A DNA stretch of 64,000 nucleotides from Podarcis erhardii (lineage: Eukaryota): assembly GCA_964252035.1 (NCBI GenBank), contig OZ176200.1. One strand, written 5' to 3'. A model generated the notes under the pieces. The model did no database searches. It was not told the DNA's origin and saw only the letters and a list, made by a program, of their open reading frames with translations. Position numbers and translations under genes: made by a program. This document shows positions 61,761 to 64,000 of the stretch, in pieces; the first letter of the stretch is position 1; each line of letters begins with the position of its first letter.

Positions 61761-63691
61761 TGAAACTTTGGCTTTACTTCTTTTAAGGTGGTGCTAGGCT
61801 CCTTGATTTCATTTTCCCATCTCCAGCGTACCTGGGCATTTTGTTCAGGGGTGTGATTGGGTCAGGGGTCCTGGAATCAGTACCCACAGCGATTCTGCAG
61901 GGGAGCTTGCCACTTCCTGGGATTTCTGGTTTGTTGGACTCGTGTGTCTTCCTTCGACGTTCAGAGGCACAGCACCTTCAGCACATCCTTCCCTGTCCTT
62001 CCTTTAGCATTCCTATCCAGCGATAACTGGGTCCCTCTGGTACTCTCTCCATTCCACTAGGTTTGGATCATGCCCACTATAGCTACGCTTGCCTTTAAAC
62101 CCCAGCACTCCAGTTTGCCCATCTTGGCTCTTGAGTATTCTAGCAAGGCAAGTCGCTGCCTCTTAACCTAACCTCACATGGTTGTGGGGATTAAATAAGG
62201 ATGGGAAGAAGTAGGTACATCATATATTGAGCTCCTTGGAGAAAGAGGTAGGAGATGATGGTGGTGGTGATGATGATGATGACGATATAAAAATGGTTTT
62301 TCTCTCCCAAAGGTCTCAGGCACCTGCACTTTCATTACCTAGTTCTATTCCACCCCTATTTGGGCAATATCAAACAGTTTCACTCCCATCTTTAAGGATG
62401 ATTTATTCTGGACCGGATGCCCCTCAGCGCCTGCCAGCTTTCCTCCAGCCATCTTTTCAGCTGCAGAGCTATCCTAATAAGGGTAGGCCAAGTCCAAAGG
62501 AGGAAAGTGCTGTGAGTGGCAAACACTGGGCTGGAGGAGCAGGGTGCTTCATCCAGACTAGCAGTGTTCAGCTAGCAATGCCACACTCTTGAAAGCAGAA
62601 AGTGAGAGGCCTGGCAGCCCTCTGGGTCTGAGAACATTGTCATGGGTGCAGCTGCCCGCCCCCCTAACATGAAGACAGCCCACCCCCAACATGAATCCTG
62701 GCTATGCCCACGAACATTGTGTACAGGGTTGAAAGCCAGATCCCACTTACAATAATAGGGGCCATTCCAGGATTATGGGAAATACTTAACTATTACATTT
62801 TGATATGGCTGGAATTCGTTTGAAAATTAAGTGGGATTAAGTTTAAAAAACAAATAAGAAATATATTGTGGCACATGGGTGGAAAAACCTTTTCAGACCA
62901 AAGACTGCTGAGTGCGTGCACAAACACACCAGGAACGATAGCTCCATCAAAAAAAGAAGATTGCATGTTGTAGGGTAGAAGCAAGGTTTTTAATAGCCAC
63001 CACCAAGCTGTGACAATTTCATTCTTAAACACCTGAGTATTGGGAACCCAGGGAAGAGAAAAGTCGATGCAATCAGTCAGCTAGTTCTGAGGGACACTGG
63101 CTAACAGTAACTACTCCTACCCTGCCCCCCACTCCTCAGATCCACCGAAAGAATCAATCAGGCACAGAATGTGGTGCAAAGCTTTGCAAGGATTCACAGG
63201 AGAAGATTGCAGAGCAATCTGATACCAGTAAATGGTATCAGAGGTGATTTGGGTACAGGGAGATCCACCAGATGATCAGCCAAGGCACAAACAAGGTTGA
63301 TGTTAAGTGCTTAGTCTTCACAGTCTATCCAGACGAGGTTCAGGAGTGGTGATCAAGGTTTGCTTAAAGCATGGGCAACCCAGTGTTTTGGTCTGAGGGC
63401 TACATTCAGAGTTGGCCAACCCTTTGTGGGCCACGTTCTAGCAGCCATGAGTGCCAAAATGGCCACCAAACACAGACTCACCCCACATGTATACAAACTC
63501 AGTACACAGCACACACTCTCACTCGCATACGCACAGAAGAGAAACGAGACATCCGGGGCTTGGTGGAGAGCTTTGAACCTCTCCTCTTCAGCCCAGCATT
63601 GCAGGGAGGAAGGTGGGGCAGATGGACCACTGCAAATAGTCTTGGAGGGCTTGATCCAGTCCATGGGCTTGTGACCCCCCCCCCCACTGCC

Positions 63692-63817
63692 TTAAAGCTT
63701 TGTCCGTCTGTCAAGAAGCTCCAGGTCAATGGGTCTGTCAGGAACAAGCACAATCCGAGAGAGGGGCTTCACCTCTGTACACCGTGGACCTGGTCTGATT
63801 AAGAATATCCGGATAAG
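63692..63817 (-). CDS. CYP27A1: Last coding exon of a mitochondrial cytochrome P450 family 27 gene, most likely sterol 27-hydroxylase CYP27A1
   Basis: Acceptor ttttctctttccag at 63818, then a phase-0 frame LIRIFLIRPGPRCTEVKPLSRIVLVPDRPIDLELLDRRTKL* (TAA 63694-63692). It resembles the CYP27 C-terminus (RIVLVP). The choice of A1 over B1/C1 rests on synteny with TTLL4 and PRKAG3. Confidence 0.8.
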   Translation of the reverse strand, partial: LIRIFLIRPGPRCTEVKPLSRIVLVPDRPIDLELLDRRTKL

Positions 63818-64000
63818 CTGGAAAGAGAAAAGCTTGACTTATTTTGGGGCAAAGCTTCATTCCCTCCCACCAAACACAAGTAATCAAATATGCCTACAGC
63901 TGTGATGACCTCTTGGGCCACAGCATTGCACTGTTTCTTGTTTGTTTATTATACTGTATTCATATTCTGCCCTTCTTCCCGAAGGACACCCCCTCTGCCC

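Noticed and set aside
63353-63802. Several overlapping 84-143 aa ORFs at the window end
   Set aside because: No recognisable motifs. They overlap the CYP27 last exon and 3' UTR in other frames or on the other strand.
1-64000. Prokaryotic systems (CRISPR arrays, operons, defence islands, rRNA or tRNA genes)
   Set aside because: The sequence is intron-rich vertebrate DNA. No repeat-spacer array was seen, and tRNA-like A/B boxes occur only as SINE heads.

Overview
Vertebrate genomic DNA, not prokaryotic. Sauria-type SINEs and other squamate repeats point to a lizard, probably a lacertid (inference). Hand splice-mapping gives four intron-containing genes: the 3' two-thirds of TTLL4 (+, 612-15850), a complete PRKAG3 (+, 25376-37046, 524 aa), a complete 16-coding-exon RACGAP1 paralogue (-, 60483-43958, about 630 aa), and the last coding exon of a CYP27 gene, most likely CYP27A1 (-, 63817-63692). 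There are two CpG islands (about 24.8-25.9 kb and 61.0-61.75 kb), two Sauria SINEs with target-site duplications, a 5'-truncated L1, CR1 and L2 fragments, Tc1/pogo and hAT MITEs, and microsatellites. Highlights: (1) a RACGAP1 paralogue between PRKAG3 and CYP27A1, where I know of no human gene; (2) a cryptic minus-strand chain of phase-compatible exons between TTLL4 and PRKAG3, a candidate unitary pseudogene or lncRNA with a 62-aa spliced small ORF; (3) an alternative PRKAG3 terminal exon that swaps GIDALNS* for GIDRYSI*; (4) a 12 x 7-aa repeat in the PRKAG3 N-terminal extension; (5) gene order inverted relative to human 2q35. Comparisons to human proteins are from memory of the families; no database search was run.
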